A DNA stretch of 64,000 nucleotides from Candidatus Bathyarchaeia archaeon. GTDB lineage: Archaea > Thermoproteota > Bathyarchaeia > Bathyarchaeales > Bathycorpusculaceae. The notes below the pieces were generated by a model. It was not told where the DNA came from. It did no database searches and was given only the letters and a program-made list of their open reading frames with translations. Positions 38,504 to 48,139 of the stretch are shown piece by piece. The translations under genes were made by a program, and so were the position numbers. Location: NCBI GenBank assembly GCA_038882975.1, contig JAVZNE010000001.1, forward strand, positions 32,001 to 96,000. The letters run 5' to 3'. The number at the start of each line of letters is the position of its first letter. Within the stretch, counting starts at the first letter, position 1.

Positions 38504-40597
38504 ATGAAGAGGTTTACGCCATCCATAAGCCTAGACAGAAAAGCTCTCTCAGATGTTGATGCATCGCTGCAGAAAGAGTGGATTATAACAAACGGCTTGG
38601 GAAGCTACGCCTCCTCAACAGTTTTGGGAATAAACACGAGGAAATATCATGGAGTCCTTGTGGCGGCTTTTCACCCGCCGAGAAACCGAAGGGTTTGCGT
38701 GGCTAAACTGGACGAGGAGCTAAGGATTGGAAACGCCTTTTACCCAGTTTTTGCCAACGAATTTCAAGGCGGCATATACCCGAAGGGACACGAGTTTCTC
38801 CAAGAGTTCCACTTATCCCCGTCCCCAAAATTCGTGTACAATGTACAGAATGTTAGGTTTTCAAAGGCTCTTTTCATGCCATATAAGAAGAACGCCATTA
38901 TTACCGCCTACGAGTTCTTGAACGCCGACAACGTAGAAGTTGAAATTCGAATTTTCCCGCTTATAACATGTAGGCATTTCCACTCAGTTGTGGACAGGTG
39001 GCGTGACCAGCCAAAATTCACTCAAAAAACATATGGCAGAGGGGTCAAAATAAACATTGAAAAACCACAAGCCACAATAATTTTGGAAGCAACACATGGA
39101 GCTTATTCACAAGCTGAAAGGTGGGTTGAGAGAGTTTATTTCCGCGAAGAGCACAATCGTGGGGAGAGCCACCTTGACGACTGGTATCAGCCTGGATTTT
39201 TCAAAATAAAAGTTGGAAAGAAATCTTCTGAAAGGTTTGCGTTAACTGTCATGGCTGGAGAAGACGAGTCAAGCCTAGAGGAAATGGCGAATGAAATGCC
39301 AACCACAATGTATGACGTGGAAAATTTGTATAATTTTGAGCGTGAACGCCGCGAAAAACTGCTTGAAAAGTTTTATGATGAGCATAAGGGCGTGGAGGCA
39401 AAAGACTGGCTCAGCTGGCTTGTTTATGCAACAGACATGTTTATTGTTGGAGGCTTTAGAAAGGCTTGGAAGTCTGTTGTCGCCGGTTACCATTGGTTTG
39501 AGGATTGGGGAAGAGACACCTTCATAGCCTTGCCGGGGCTAATGCTTGTCACTGGAAGATTTGAAGATGCCAGACAAACCTTTCTAACGTTCAACCAGCA
39601 TTTTATTAACGGTTTAATCCCAAACTTCATCTCAGATGCCGATTCCAAACCAGTTTACAACGCCGCGGATGCAACATTATGGTTTGTAAACGCCGTCCTC
39701 CAATATTTGAAGTATACTGGCGACTTTGAATTCGTCCATGAGAACCTATGGGAAAACATGAAAACTATTGTCGAAGACTTTGAAAAGGGAAAAAGCCCAA
39801 AAATCCGTCTGGACGATGATGGGCTTATTCTTCATGGACCACAACTAACATGGATGGACACAGCCATAAACGGGCAGCCCGTAACGCCGAGGGCTGGCAA
39901 GGCTGTGGAGGTTCAAGCGTTATGGTTTAACGCTCTTAAAACGCTGGAGGTTTTAGCTAAAAAATTCAAGGAGACGGATACGGCTGAAAAATTTGCGCTG
40001 TTAGCTGAAAAAGCCAAAGGAAGCTTTAATGCAAAGTTTTGGAACCATGAGAAGGGCTGCTTGTTTGACGTTGTTGATGAGCACGGCTTAGGCGATTCTT
40101 CTATTAGACCTAACCAAATCGTTGCAGTGGCATTGGACTTCACAATGCTTGACAAAACGAGAAACAGTAAAGTGGTGGATGTTGTGCGCCGAGAACTTTT
40201 AACACCTTTTGGGTTGAGAACCCTTGCGAAAAGCGACCCGAGATATGTGGGCGTTTATCGTGGAGATAGACGAAGCAGAGACCTAGCCTACCACAACGGC
40301 ACTGTTTGGCCTTGGCTCTTAGGACCCTTTGTGAAGGCTTATTTGAAAATTGAGGGTTATGGCGAGTACACGCGAGAATACGCCTTTAGAAGTTTTCTCG
40401 CGCCACTTTTGACAACGCAGGTTTTTGTGGCTGGTCTTGGAGCCGTAAGTGAAGTTTATGATGGTGATCCGCCTCACAAGGCTGGAGGTTGCGTAGCCCA
40501 AGCTTGGAGTATAGCGGAGCCATTAAGGGCTTATGTTGAAGATGTTCTCTATTTTAGACCACTGTTTGAAAAGGAGATTATGAAAATTTTAGGGTGA
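38504..40597 (+). CDS. Glycogen debranching enzyme (amylo-alpha-1,6-glucosidase, GH133)
   Basis: EWIxTNGLG, TRKYHG, AGYHWFxDWGRD, TWMD, RPNQ, YHNGTVWPW, QAWS. Confidence 0.94.
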   Translation: MKRFTPSISLDRKALSDVDASLQKEWIITNGLGSYASSTVLGINTRKYHGVLVAAFHPPRNRRVCVAKLDEELRIGNAFYPVFANEFQGGIYPKGHEFLQEFHLSPSPKFVYNVQNVRFSKALFMPYKKNAIITAYEFLNADNVEVEIRIFPLITCRHFHSVVDRWRDQPKFTQKTYGRGVKINIEKPQATIILEATHGAYSQAERWVERVYFREEHNRGESHLDDWYQPGFFKIKVGKKSSERFALTVMAGEDESSLEEMANEMPTTMYDVENLYNFERERREKLLEKFYDEHKGVEAKDWLSWLVYATDMFIVGGFRKAWKSVVAGYHWFEDWGRDTFIALPGLMLVTGRFEDARQTFLTFNQHFINGLIPNFISDADSKPVYNAADATLWFVNAVLQYLKYTGDFEFVHENLWENMKTIVEDFEKGKSPKIRLDDDGLILHGPQLTWMDTAINGQPVTPRAGKAVEVQALWFNALKTLEVLAKKFKETDTAEKFALLAEKAKGSFNAKFWNHEKGCLFDVVDEHGLGDSSIRPNQIVAVALDFTMLDKTRNSKVVDVVRRELLTPFGLRTLAKSDPRYVGVYRGDRRSRDLAYHNGTVWPWLLGPFVKAYLKIEGYGEYTREYAFRSFLAPLLTTQVFVAGLGAVSEVYDGDPPHKAGGCVAQAWSIAEPLRAYVEDVLYFRPLFEKEIMKILG

Positions 40598-41632
40598 AAT
40601 GGCTTTTTTTAGGCTTTCTGCGGCGTTTTCCGGCGAAACCGTGTTTATGTATATGCCTGTGCTTTTTTCGAATCCAGCCCATATGGCGAGTTTTGGGTAG
40701 ACCTCCACATGCCAATGATAGTGGGGGTTGGCGGCTTTTTCTATGGCTATGTGGAAGCCGAAATTGTAGGGTGGATCGTTTAAGAGGTTTTTCAGCGCGC
40801 TTAGGCATGTCTTCAAAGTTTTTGCAAAGTTTTCTTTTTCCCTCTCTGATAGCTTTAGGGGTGAAGCTTCATGCTTTTTGGGGAATATCCAAAACTCTAA
40901 TGGATTGACGCTTGCGTAGGGCGCGAAGGCTAGGAAGTCTTGGTTTTCCATTATGAACCGTGGGCTATCCCGCTCTTTCTCCATGATTTTGCAGAAGATG
41001 CAACTACGGTTTTTACGCCAGTAACGGCGGCTGGCAGCCAACTCTTCTCCGACGATTCTTGGTGTGAATGGCGTTGCTATTATCTGGCTGTGGGCATGGG
41101 AGAGCGAAGCCCCAGCCTCTAAACCGTGATTGCGGAATATGGAGACATAACGCACGTATGGTTTTGCGGAGAGCTCGCGGAGCCTATCCAAATAAGCGTT
41201 TATAACGTGGACTAGTTGGGGTAGCCGCGCATCTGAAGGATGTTCATCGTGGTTCGGCGACTCCACCAAGACTTCATGATGCCCAACAGCATCAACCAAA
41301 GCTGAATTGCAACCTTTCACAATTTTTCTTCCGCCCGATGTGTCTTGCGGCGGGCTGAAAGCTGGAAAAAGGTTTGGAAAACAGCGGATAACCCAGTTTT
41401 TATGCCTAAAACCATCTTCGTCTTTAGCCTTTTCAATTTTTCCGCCAGATTCCACGTAGACAAGCAGTGCTGGCGGGGTCATGTGCTCGTTTCCCGGGCA
41501 GAAGGGGCAAACGCTCACCTTGGCTTGAGGCTTCTCTTTTTTTGCGAAGTCTGTTGGGCGGCGTCCGCGTTCTGTGGCTATTACGACCCATCTGTCTAGA
41601 AGGTAGTCCTTGCGAAGCTCGTTGTGGGGCAA
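40589..41632 (-). CDS. galT: GalT-like hexose-1-phosphate nucleotidylyltransferase
   Basis: ELR.D...WV....R..RP, CPFCPGNE, HEV..E, FRNHG..AGASL.HAHSQ, HWH, GFE. Confidence 0.9.
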   Translation of the reverse strand: MPHNELRKDYLLDRWVVIATERGRRPTDFAKKEKPQAKVSVCPFCPGNEHMTPPALLVYVESGGKIEKAKDEDGFRHKNWVIRCFPNLFPAFSPPQDTSGGRKIVKGCNSALVDAVGHHEVLVESPNHDEHPSDARLPQLVHVINAYLDRLRELSAKPYVRYVSIFRNHGLEAGASLSHAHSQIIATPFTPRIVGEELAASRRYWRKNRSCIFCKIMEKERDSPRFIMENQDFLAFAPYASVNPLEFWIFPKKHEASPLKLSEREKENFAKTLKTCLSALKNLLNDPPYNFGFHIAIEKAANPHYHWHVEVYPKLAIWAGFEKSTGIYINTVSPENAAESLKKAISP

Positions 41633-41703
41633 TCTTTAAACCCAATAGCCTATCGCTAGCCAAAAATTTAGCATTTTCCATAATGCTGATGGCACATGTC
41701 AGA

Positions 41704-41762
41704 ATGTCAATTTTGTTGCTGATGGCGAACTGCAAAATTGATAGCCCCCTCTACATTTTTTC
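41704..41762 (+). repeat. Dispersed dyad+CCCCTCTA element
   Basis: TCAATTTTG-N17-CAAAATTGA then TAGCCCCCTCTACATTTTTT; near-identical arms and tail at 53150-53207. Confidence 0.75.
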
Positions 41763-41801
41763 GTACATCAGTGGCGTTTTTGCTCTCCTTTTTCTGCTTT
41801 T

Positions 41802-43322
41802 CTAGGTTTTTGCTTTGATTATTTTCCTGTAGTCCTTTGCGCTTTTTCGCATTATTCGCTTTTTGGTTTGGAGGTCAACTGCGAATAGGCCGAACTTCAT
41901 TTTGAAGCCTTTAGCCCACTCATAATTGTCAGTTAAAGCCCAGTGGAAATAGCCTCTAACGTCAATTTTCTCCTCTTTTACGGCTTTTTCCAAAATCGCG
42001 ATGTGGTCTTCGAGGAACTTTGGTCTGAGACTGTCTTCTGCGTCGGCTATCCCATTTTCTGTTATGTAAAGCGGTTTGGCAAACTTTGCCATAGCCTTTA
42101 AGGCTTCAAGAAGCCCTTCTGGAAAGATTTCCCATCCCATGTCTGATGTTGGCTTGCCATCGGCAGATTGGCTTTTTGGCTGACACCCAAAACCATAGTT
42201 TGGCACGATTTCTGGCACTGCTGGGATTCCGGCGAACAACTTAGCCAGCAAGTTTCGTTTACCCTTAATTACAAAACGCGTGTAATAGTTTACGCCAAGC
42301 CAGTCCAAGCGATTAGCCAAATAGCCCTTCACTTCACCTTTCTCTTTTACACCGTTTAGATTCTCATCAAGCCAGCCTTCCGTAACAGCCTGTGGGAAAA
42401 ACTGGTTGTGCAAATTGTCCATAAAACGCGCAGCTTGAACGTCGAGCTTTTCGCTTAGGGGATGGGCTGGAATCACGTTGTGTATAAGCCCAACATAAGC
42501 TTGGCTTGGGCTGTCACTGTCAGCCTTTACATTGTCCCACTTTTTTATGGCATCGTAAGCGTGGACATGTGCCAAAACCATGTTTTTGGCAGCCCTTCTG
42601 GCAGCCATAAAATTGTTCACGCCTGGCGGGAAGCCGGACTGCGCCATCATGTAGCCTGCCTCGCAGACAGCCATCGGCTCGTTTAGGGTTGCCCAGTTGT
42701 CAACAATGTCGCCAAAACTCCAAGCTATGAAAGCCGCATATTTTGTAAACTCGATTATGGCGGTTTCTTCAAGCCAGCCTTTTGGTCCTCGTCTAAGCCT
42801 TGTCGCCCGCGCAGTCAAAGGGTCGTGAATCCAGATGGGAAGTGTGAAATGGTTTAGGCAGACGAAAACCTTGAAGCCTTTCGCCTTCAAATCTTCTATG
42901 ATGAGCCTATAATGGTTTAAAGCCTCCTTATCCGCCATTCTTTCCAACTCTTCAATGGCTTTGCTGTCCACCTCTACTTTTGAAATGTTGCCGTCAGAAG
43001 CCCTCTCAACACCAACATGGACTATTGTGGTTGCCTTTGGGAAAATTCTGCTCCATTCCACGCCAATCCTATAGGCGTTTAACCCAAGCTTTTCCGCAAG
43101 TTCATGGTCCCTTGCATACAAGTGCCAATAATCTATGCCGTTTTCTGGCAGGTCGCCACTCACTATGCTCCGCCTAATGTTTTCAGCGTCGTGCACCCAA
43201 ACAAACCAGTCAGTGTTGGCGTCCACACCATTGCCAGAAGGGTCGCCCATCTCAAACTGAAAGCCGCTTTCCGAAACACCCCACAAGAACCTTTCACCTA
43301 GGCTCAAACAGTGCCACTCCAA
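41802..43322 (-). CDS. bgaS: GH1 beta-galactosidase/beta-glycosidase (archaeal BgaS type)
   Basis: GFQFEMG, EWSRIFP, NHFTLP.W, TLNEP, GVNYY, ITENG, DNYEW. Confidence 0.93.
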   Translation of the reverse strand: MEWHCLSLGERFLWGVSESGFQFEMGDPSGNGVDANTDWFVWVHDAENIRRSIVSGDLPENGIDYWHLYARDHELAEKLGLNAYRIGVEWSRIFPKATTIVHVGVERASDGNISKVEVDSKAIEELERMADKEALNHYRLIIEDLKAKGFKVFVCLNHFTLPIWIHDPLTARATRLRRGPKGWLEETAIIEFTKYAAFIAWSFGDIVDNWATLNEPMAVCEAGYMMAQSGFPPGVNNFMAARRAAKNMVLAHVHAYDAIKKWDNVKADSDSPSQAYVGLIHNVIPAHPLSEKLDVQAARFMDNLHNQFFPQAVTEGWLDENLNGVKEKGEVKGYLANRLDWLGVNYYTRFVIKGKRNLLAKLFAGIPAVPEIVPNYGFGCQPKSQSADGKPTSDMGWEIFPEGLLEALKAMAKFAKPLYITENGIADAEDSLRPKFLEDHIAILEKAVKEEKIDVRGYFHWALTDNYEWAKGFKMKFGLFAVDLQTKKRIMRKSAKDYRKIIKAKT

Positions 43323-43340
43323 TAAAGGCCTAAAGGGAGC

Positions 43341-43659
43341 GGCGGTGGGTCACTGAGGTTCGACGCCCAGAATCCACCCACTCCCCCAAACCCTACACTC
43401 GTACCCGCACCCCCTTGAGCGCCGAACGTCCAGGCTTAGGTTGCTCCCTCCCGGGCCTAGCCCGGTTCACCTGGCAAACGCCGGAACGGGCTTCCCTACG
43501 GAAGCCGCCCAGCGACCGCCAGCCCCAAGGGACGGATAGTCAAAGCTTCGGAAGTGGGGTTGTGGATGGCCACGGGCGCCTCAGCCTCAGCTTTCGGCCC
43601 GTCATATAGAGGGTTTACGGTACAGGGGACCCCTAGCCCCCCGCCTAAGACCCACCGCC
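43341..43659 (-). ncRNA. ffs: Archaeal SRP (7S) RNA
   Basis: 319-nt GC-rich span closed by an 11-bp terminal helix GGCGGUGGGUC/GACCCACCGCC; Alu-like GGGG..CCCCUGUA; helix 8 UGAACC..UAGGCCC-GGGA-GGGAGCAA. Confidence 0.95.
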
Positions 43660-43680
43660 AAAACATTCTGAAGCGTATTC

Positions 43681-43694
43681 AAAACTATAAAACT
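43681..43694 (-). promoter_or_regulatory. TATA box of the SRP RNA gene
   Basis: Minus strand TTTTATAG ~25-30 nt upstream of the RNA 5' end. Confidence 0.55.
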
Positions 43695-44015
43695 TTACCC
43701 TAAACTTTTGTCAAGCCAGCCCAAATAGTCTTTTAGGCCTTCCATTATTGACAGTGCTATTATTTCTGGTATTTGGTAGCTGTGGAGGGCTTTCACCCTC
43801 TCGGAAAGCTTGTCGAATAGGTCTTTTCTGGTTTTCATTAGAATTAGGTGCTCTTGGGCCGTGTCTATTTTGCCTTGCCACCAGAAAAGCGAGTGCACTG
43901 GGCCTATTATGTTAGCACATGCTATTAGCCGCTCCTCAAGCAGCGTTTTGGCGATTTTTTCGGCTTCATCTTTGCTGGATGCTGTTACGAGTACAATTAT
44001 GTAGGCGTTTTTCAT
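43695..44015 (-). CDS. cutA: Divalent-cation tolerance protein CutA
   Basis: LxACANI...SxFWWQGK...E...KT...HSYxxPE. Confidence 0.95.
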   Translation of the reverse strand: MKNAYIIVLVTASSKDEAEKIAKTLLEERLIACANIIGPVHSLFWWQGKIDTAQEHLILMKTRKDLFDKLSERVKALHSYQIPEIIALSIMEGLKDYLGWLDKSLG

Positions 44016-44025
44016 GGTTTTCGCC

Positions 44026-44841
44026 TTAAACTGTTCTAAGCTCTTCTATGCTTACTCCTTTCATTTTCCTTAGCAAGAAAATGTCAAGCACTGTTAGAAT
44101 TATTGACCATGTTATGAGGGATGCAAGCGCCATGTTCACGTCAACAAAAACGCGCCCATCCTGCATATCTATAAAAAATTTGCCAGTTGGGGGAGCTTTT
44201 CCGGAAAAGTAGTAGTAGCATGTTGAAACGATGCAGTTGAACGGAGATATGTAGGCTATGTTTCCAAAATCTATCCAAAGGGCTGCGTAGGCTATGAAGG
44301 AAAAAATTAATGGCAAGAAGAAAATGAATTGGGCTGATTTTGGCGATCTTAGGACAATCACCACTGAGTGCAGGAAAAAGGCTTCCGTGTAGATGAAAAC
44401 TGTGCCAAGAAATATGCTGGAAAGGAGCCCGGCGAGGTTTGCCGGCAAAAGGGTAAGTCCAAACTTTATATGAAACACGCCCACTATTGATAGAAACATT
44501 ATCGCGGAAATGGCTAACAAGACGATGAGTGCTGATGCGAAATTCTCGATTAAGAAGCGTGTGGGAGAAAGCCTAGTGTATTTGGTAACGTAACGGATAG
44601 ATTTTGACCCGTACAAGAGCGTTGACGATATACCTATCGAGGCGCTTGAGAGGGAAAGCATCAGAAGGTTTCCAAAAGCAGCAGCAGTGTAAAGTCTTAC
44701 AGCCTCCTCCATTTGAGGTACATAATTTCCGAAAACGTATGCCCACATAAAAACCCAGAACTCGATGAATAGAATTGACCAGAAAATTAGGTAGGGGTTT
44801 GTTAATAGGGATTTAGTGTTCATCCAAAGATACTTGGTCAA
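44026..44841 (-). CDS. ABC-2-type transporter permease
   Basis: About 6 TM helices; start overlaps the stop of the ABC ATPase. Confidence 0.75.
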   Translation of the reverse strand: MTKYLWMNTKSLLTNPYLIFWSILFIEFWVFMWAYVFGNYVPQMEEAVRLYTAAAFGNLLMLSLSSASIGISSTLLYGSKSIRYVTKYTRLSPTRFLIENFASALIVLLAISAIMFLSIVGVFHIKFGLTLLPANLAGLLSSIFLGTVFIYTEAFFLHSVVIVLRSPKSAQFIFFLPLIFSFIAYAALWIDFGNIAYISPFNCIVSTCYYYFSGKAPPTGKFFIDMQDGRVFVDVNMALASLITWSIILTVLDIFLLRKMKGVSIEELRTV

Positions 44842-45653
44842 GTTTTCAGCCCCTCCGCTATTTCGTATATTTTGTCTAGGTTTTCGAGGCTGGTTAGCAG
44901 TTTGCCCTTACCTTTCCCCCTAATTATGCTTATGGTTTTTCCTGAGAGTCTAAGCCTAAGTAGAGCGTCGGGCTCTTCAGCCATGGATATTCTGGAATTT
45001 AAAAGGTCCTTAACTGTTAGGGGTCCATGGAGGATTCCTTCAAACATTAGGAAGGCTTCCCAGTCTTGAAGGTTTTTCAGCAGCCATGTTTCGTGGGTGT
45101 TTATGAGAACCACGCCTTCATACTCGTTCAAGTAGTTAACCATTTTTCCCTTTCGTGTTGGGTCAAGCTCCTCGAATGGTTCGTCAAGCAGAACGTGCCT
45201 AGCCTTCATTGCTAGCGCAAGCGCCGTGCAAAATATTTTTGCTTGTCCAGAAGATAGCTCGTTCAGTTTTCTCTTTTTTAAGAAATCGGTGGTGATGCCG
45301 AAATCCTCTATTATTTTGAGAGTGAGTTGCGGGTCTCCTTCTGCTAGGTCTGTGTAAAGCCTTATCAGGTCGAAGGCTTTAACGTCTATAAGTGTGTAGA
45401 TTTCCTGGAAATTCGCTGAAACAACGCCTTTTGTGGCGTAGATTTCTTCAACAGGCTTTCCATCTATTAAGATTTTTCCAGAAGTGATGTTTGTTAAGCC
45501 GCATATCGCCCTAAACAAGGTAGTCTTGCCAGACCCATTAGGGCCTAAAATAAGAGATTTGCTCTTAAAGTTTCCATTAACTCCCTTTAGAACTGGCTCT
45601 TGCCGCCACTTGTAGGTTACATGGAGGTTCTGGCAAACTATCATTTTAGACAA
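44838..45653 (-). CDS. ABC transporter ATP-binding protein
   Basis: GPNGSGKT, LSSGQ, LLDEP, THE. Confidence 0.92.
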   Translation of the reverse strand: MSKMIVCQNLHVTYKWRQEPVLKGVNGNFKSKSLILGPNGSGKTTLFRAICGLTNITSGKILIDGKPVEEIYATKGVVSANFQEIYTLIDVKAFDLIRLYTDLAEGDPQLTLKIIEDFGITTDFLKKRKLNELSSGQAKIFCTALALAMKARHVLLDEPFEELDPTRKGKMVNYLNEYEGVVLINTHETWLLKNLQDWEAFLMFEGILHGPLTVKDLLNSRISMAEEPDALLRLRLSGKTISIIRGKGKGKLLTSLENLDKIYEIAEGLKT

Positions 45654-45706
45654 CGCTTCATAATTTATTGAGCAGATATATGATATTTTCGCGATTGGAA
45701 GCGTTT

Positions 45707-45728
45707 TAACCGCCTATAAGGGCGGTTA
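45707..45728. promoter_or_regulatory. Dyad in the divergent promoter region
   Basis: TAACCGCC-TATAAG-GGCGGTTA perfect 8-bp inverted repeat. Confidence 0.4.
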
Positions 45729-45995
45729 CACGTTTGGCTAGTGCCTTGGGTTTTAGGGTTTTCTGCACATCTCTTTTAGCGGTTCCCACAGCATGGTTTT
45801 CCTTTCAAGAGAACATAGCTGATTTGTGAAGTAAAAACATATAAGATACGATTAGTTCAATTATAGGTGGCAAAGACTCATGCAGTCTGAAAAACAGTTA
45901 TTGTGTATACACCTTGAATCCACCTGCTTCTGGTGGAGTTCCATTTACCTAGAGTATATCAAGTGGCAGTGTTGGCCGCCATAAGAGGTGATAAA

Positions 45996-46970
45996 ATGAA
46001 AAAGTTTTTTGTAATAGCCTTCTCCTTATTGCTGATGGTGACAGCGGTTGCGTTAATATATACCAATTTCAGTACACTTCCAAGGATAAAGGAGTTTAAG
46101 GTTCGGCTGGCATCTTTAGACCGTGGAACCGATGGAGACGTATATGTAACGGCAATTCTAAACTGTAATCTTCCCAAAATTCCAAATACATTGCCTATCC
46201 TAAAAATTGTTAGTCACAACTACACAGACACTGAAGCAAAAGCAATAGCTATGCAAGTTTTCGACATGAATGGGGAACTTAAAGTTACTCGTTTCAGCTG
46301 GGCCGTGTATGGGCCAGTCGTGGTAACTAATGGTTTCCAAGAGCTAGAGTTGTATGGTGATGGTGCTCTATGCTACAAGCCTAACTCACAAGAAAAGGGA
46401 TATGACATTGAACTCCCAGAGCTTTCGCAGGCCAAGGAAATAGCCGACGAGTTTGTTGCCATATTCGCTGAGAGAGCCAAAAGCCATGGTCTCATGCCAA
46501 GTTTTCCATCGATAAACTTCTATAAAGTCGACTATGTATGTTGGTACGGCGTACCACCAAAATCTACTATACCAATAGAAATAGGAGTAGAATATAAAAC
46601 TCTGTACAACGGCGTGCCGCTTATTTTCAAGGGCAGCATAGGCGTAATAATCGGAGATAAAGGCAAAATTCTGGAATTCAGATGTTTCTGGAGGAATGTG
46701 GAGTTTGCTGAGGCCGTGCCTATAACAGTTTCGCCAGAGCAAGCCATTCTAAACATGGGAAATGATAGCTTAACGGGAGGAGACACGCGCAAAATACAGA
46801 AAATCACGATTAACAGCGTCGAACTTGGATACTTCACCCCATCGCCTCTACTCAACGTAAACGAGTTATTGCCAGCCTACGAAATCGAGTTTGTAGCAAC
46901 CTTCGAAGATGACTCCCAAAATACATATGTGACTTACGTATCAGCAACCGATACTTCCATCCCATATTAG
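45996..46970 (+). CDS. Membrane-anchored exported hypothetical protein
   Basis: MKKFF + hydrophobic anchor after GAGGTG; C-terminal ISPEQA..LGY..P.Y.. pattern reminiscent of PepSY/YycI-like domains. Confidence 0.7.
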   Translation: MKKFFVIAFSLLLMVTAVALIYTNFSTLPRIKEFKVRLASLDRGTDGDVYVTAILNCNLPKIPNTLPILKIVSHNYTDTEAKAIAMQVFDMNGELKVTRFSWAVYGPVVVTNGFQELELYGDGALCYKPNSQEKGYDIELPELSQAKEIADEFVAIFAERAKSHGLMPSFPSINFYKVDYVCWYGVPPKSTIPIEIGVEYKTLYNGVPLIFKGSIGVIIGDKGKILEFRCFWRNVEFAEAVPITVSPEQAILNMGNDSLTGGDTRKIQKITINSVELGYFTPSPLLNVNELLPAYEIEFVATFEDDSQNTYVTYVSATDTSIPY

Positions 46971-47089
46971 GGTACACGTTTTCACTTGTATACCCATCTG
47001 TTTCTTAAATTTCTTGGTATGTAACATCAACAACCACGGTGGACTACGCCAGACCTGCACTTGCTCGAATTGGTTAGAACTTTGGTAAC

Positions 47090-48118
47090 TTAGCCAAAGA
47101 ACACGCTGGCAAGCTCGTAAAGTTCAATGTCAACGGTTTTTCTCTTGCCAACAACTTCTTTAAGCGGCACTGGCACGATCTGGTTGCCTTTAAGCGCCGC
47201 CATGTAGCCAAACCTTCCCTCGTGCACATAGTCTATGGCTGCTACGCCGAATCTTGTGGCTAGTATGCGATCGAAGGCTGTTGGCGAACCGCCCCGCTGC
47301 AAATGGCCCAAAACAACCACTCTGGTTTCTATGCCGATCCGCTGTTCGATTTCCTTAGCCAAGTAATAGCCTATTCCGCCAAGGCTTATGTGACCGAACT
47401 CGTCTATGCGTTCGCTGTAAACTATTTCTTTTCCGCCTTTTGGTTTGGCACCCTCCGCCACCACAATAAGGCTGAAGTTTCTGCCCCGCCGCTGCCTGCT
47501 CTTAATGTATTCGCATACTTCGTCTATGTCGAAGGGCTTTTCTGGTATTAAAATGGCGTCTGCTCCTCCGGCGAGTCCAGCGTGTAGGGCTATGTGTCCC
47601 GTGTAGCGTCCCATGACTTCTAGGATTATGACGCGGTTGTGGGCTTCCGCAGTGCTGTGGAGCTTGTCTAAGGCTTCTGTTGCTATGGCTACCGCGGTAT
47701 TAAAGCCGAAGGTGTAGTCTGTTCCTACTAAGTCATTGTCTATTGTTTTTGGGACGCCAACGCATCTAAGCCCATAATCAGCCATCTTGTGGGCTACGCT
47801 TAGGGTGTCGTCTCCACCTATGGCTATAACCGCATCCAGACCAGCCCTCTTAGCGTTTTCGATTATTTGTTCTGGTCCCCCTTCACGTTTGAAGGGGTTT
47901 GTCCTTGAAGTGCCAAGGATTGAGCCTCCCCTTGGAAGGATGCCAGCAACAGCCTCAAAGTCCAATGGAACTAGTTTGCCTTCCAGCAGCCCACGCCAGC
48001 CTTCCTTTATGCCTATTATCTCATCTCCGTAGGTTTGTATTCCCCGTCGAACGACAGCCCTTATAACGGCGTTTATTCCCGGAGCGTCTCCCCCACCGCT
48101 TAAAACGCCTATCCGCAT
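47090..48118 (-). CDS. pfkA: PfkA-family phosphofructokinase, probably PPi-dependent
   Basis: GGDAPG.N, GTSR, GGDD, PKTIDND, EVMGR, LGHLQRGG. Confidence 0.92.
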   Translation of the reverse strand: MRIGVLSGGGDAPGINAVIRAVVRRGIQTYGDEIIGIKEGWRGLLEGKLVPLDFEAVAGILPRGGSILGTSRTNPFKREGGPEQIIENAKRAGLDAVIAIGGDDTLSVAHKMADYGLRCVGVPKTIDNDLVGTDYTFGFNTAVAIATEALDKLHSTAEAHNRVIILEVMGRYTGHIALHAGLAGGADAILIPEKPFDIDEVCEYIKSRQRRGRNFSLIVVAEGAKPKGGKEIVYSERIDEFGHISLGGIGYYLAKEIEQRIGIETRVVVLGHLQRGGSPTAFDRILATRFGVAAIDYVHEGRFGYMAALKGNQIVPVPLKEVVGKRKTVDIELYELASVFFG

Positions 48119-48139
48119 CTTGCCCTTCCTCCAATTACC

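Noticed and set aside
41684-41725. Direct repeat TGCTGATGGC (two copies) as a possible target-site duplication
   Set aside because: One copy lies inside the element's dyad spacer rather than flanking it, and it is absent at the other copies
43415-43609. 64-aa ORF on + strand
   Set aside because: Antisense to the GC-rich SRP RNA; spurious
45750-45830. Possible gene remnant or microORF (MLWEPLKEMCRKP) in the ABC promoter region
   Set aside because: Too short, with no supporting motif or clear RBS/promoter
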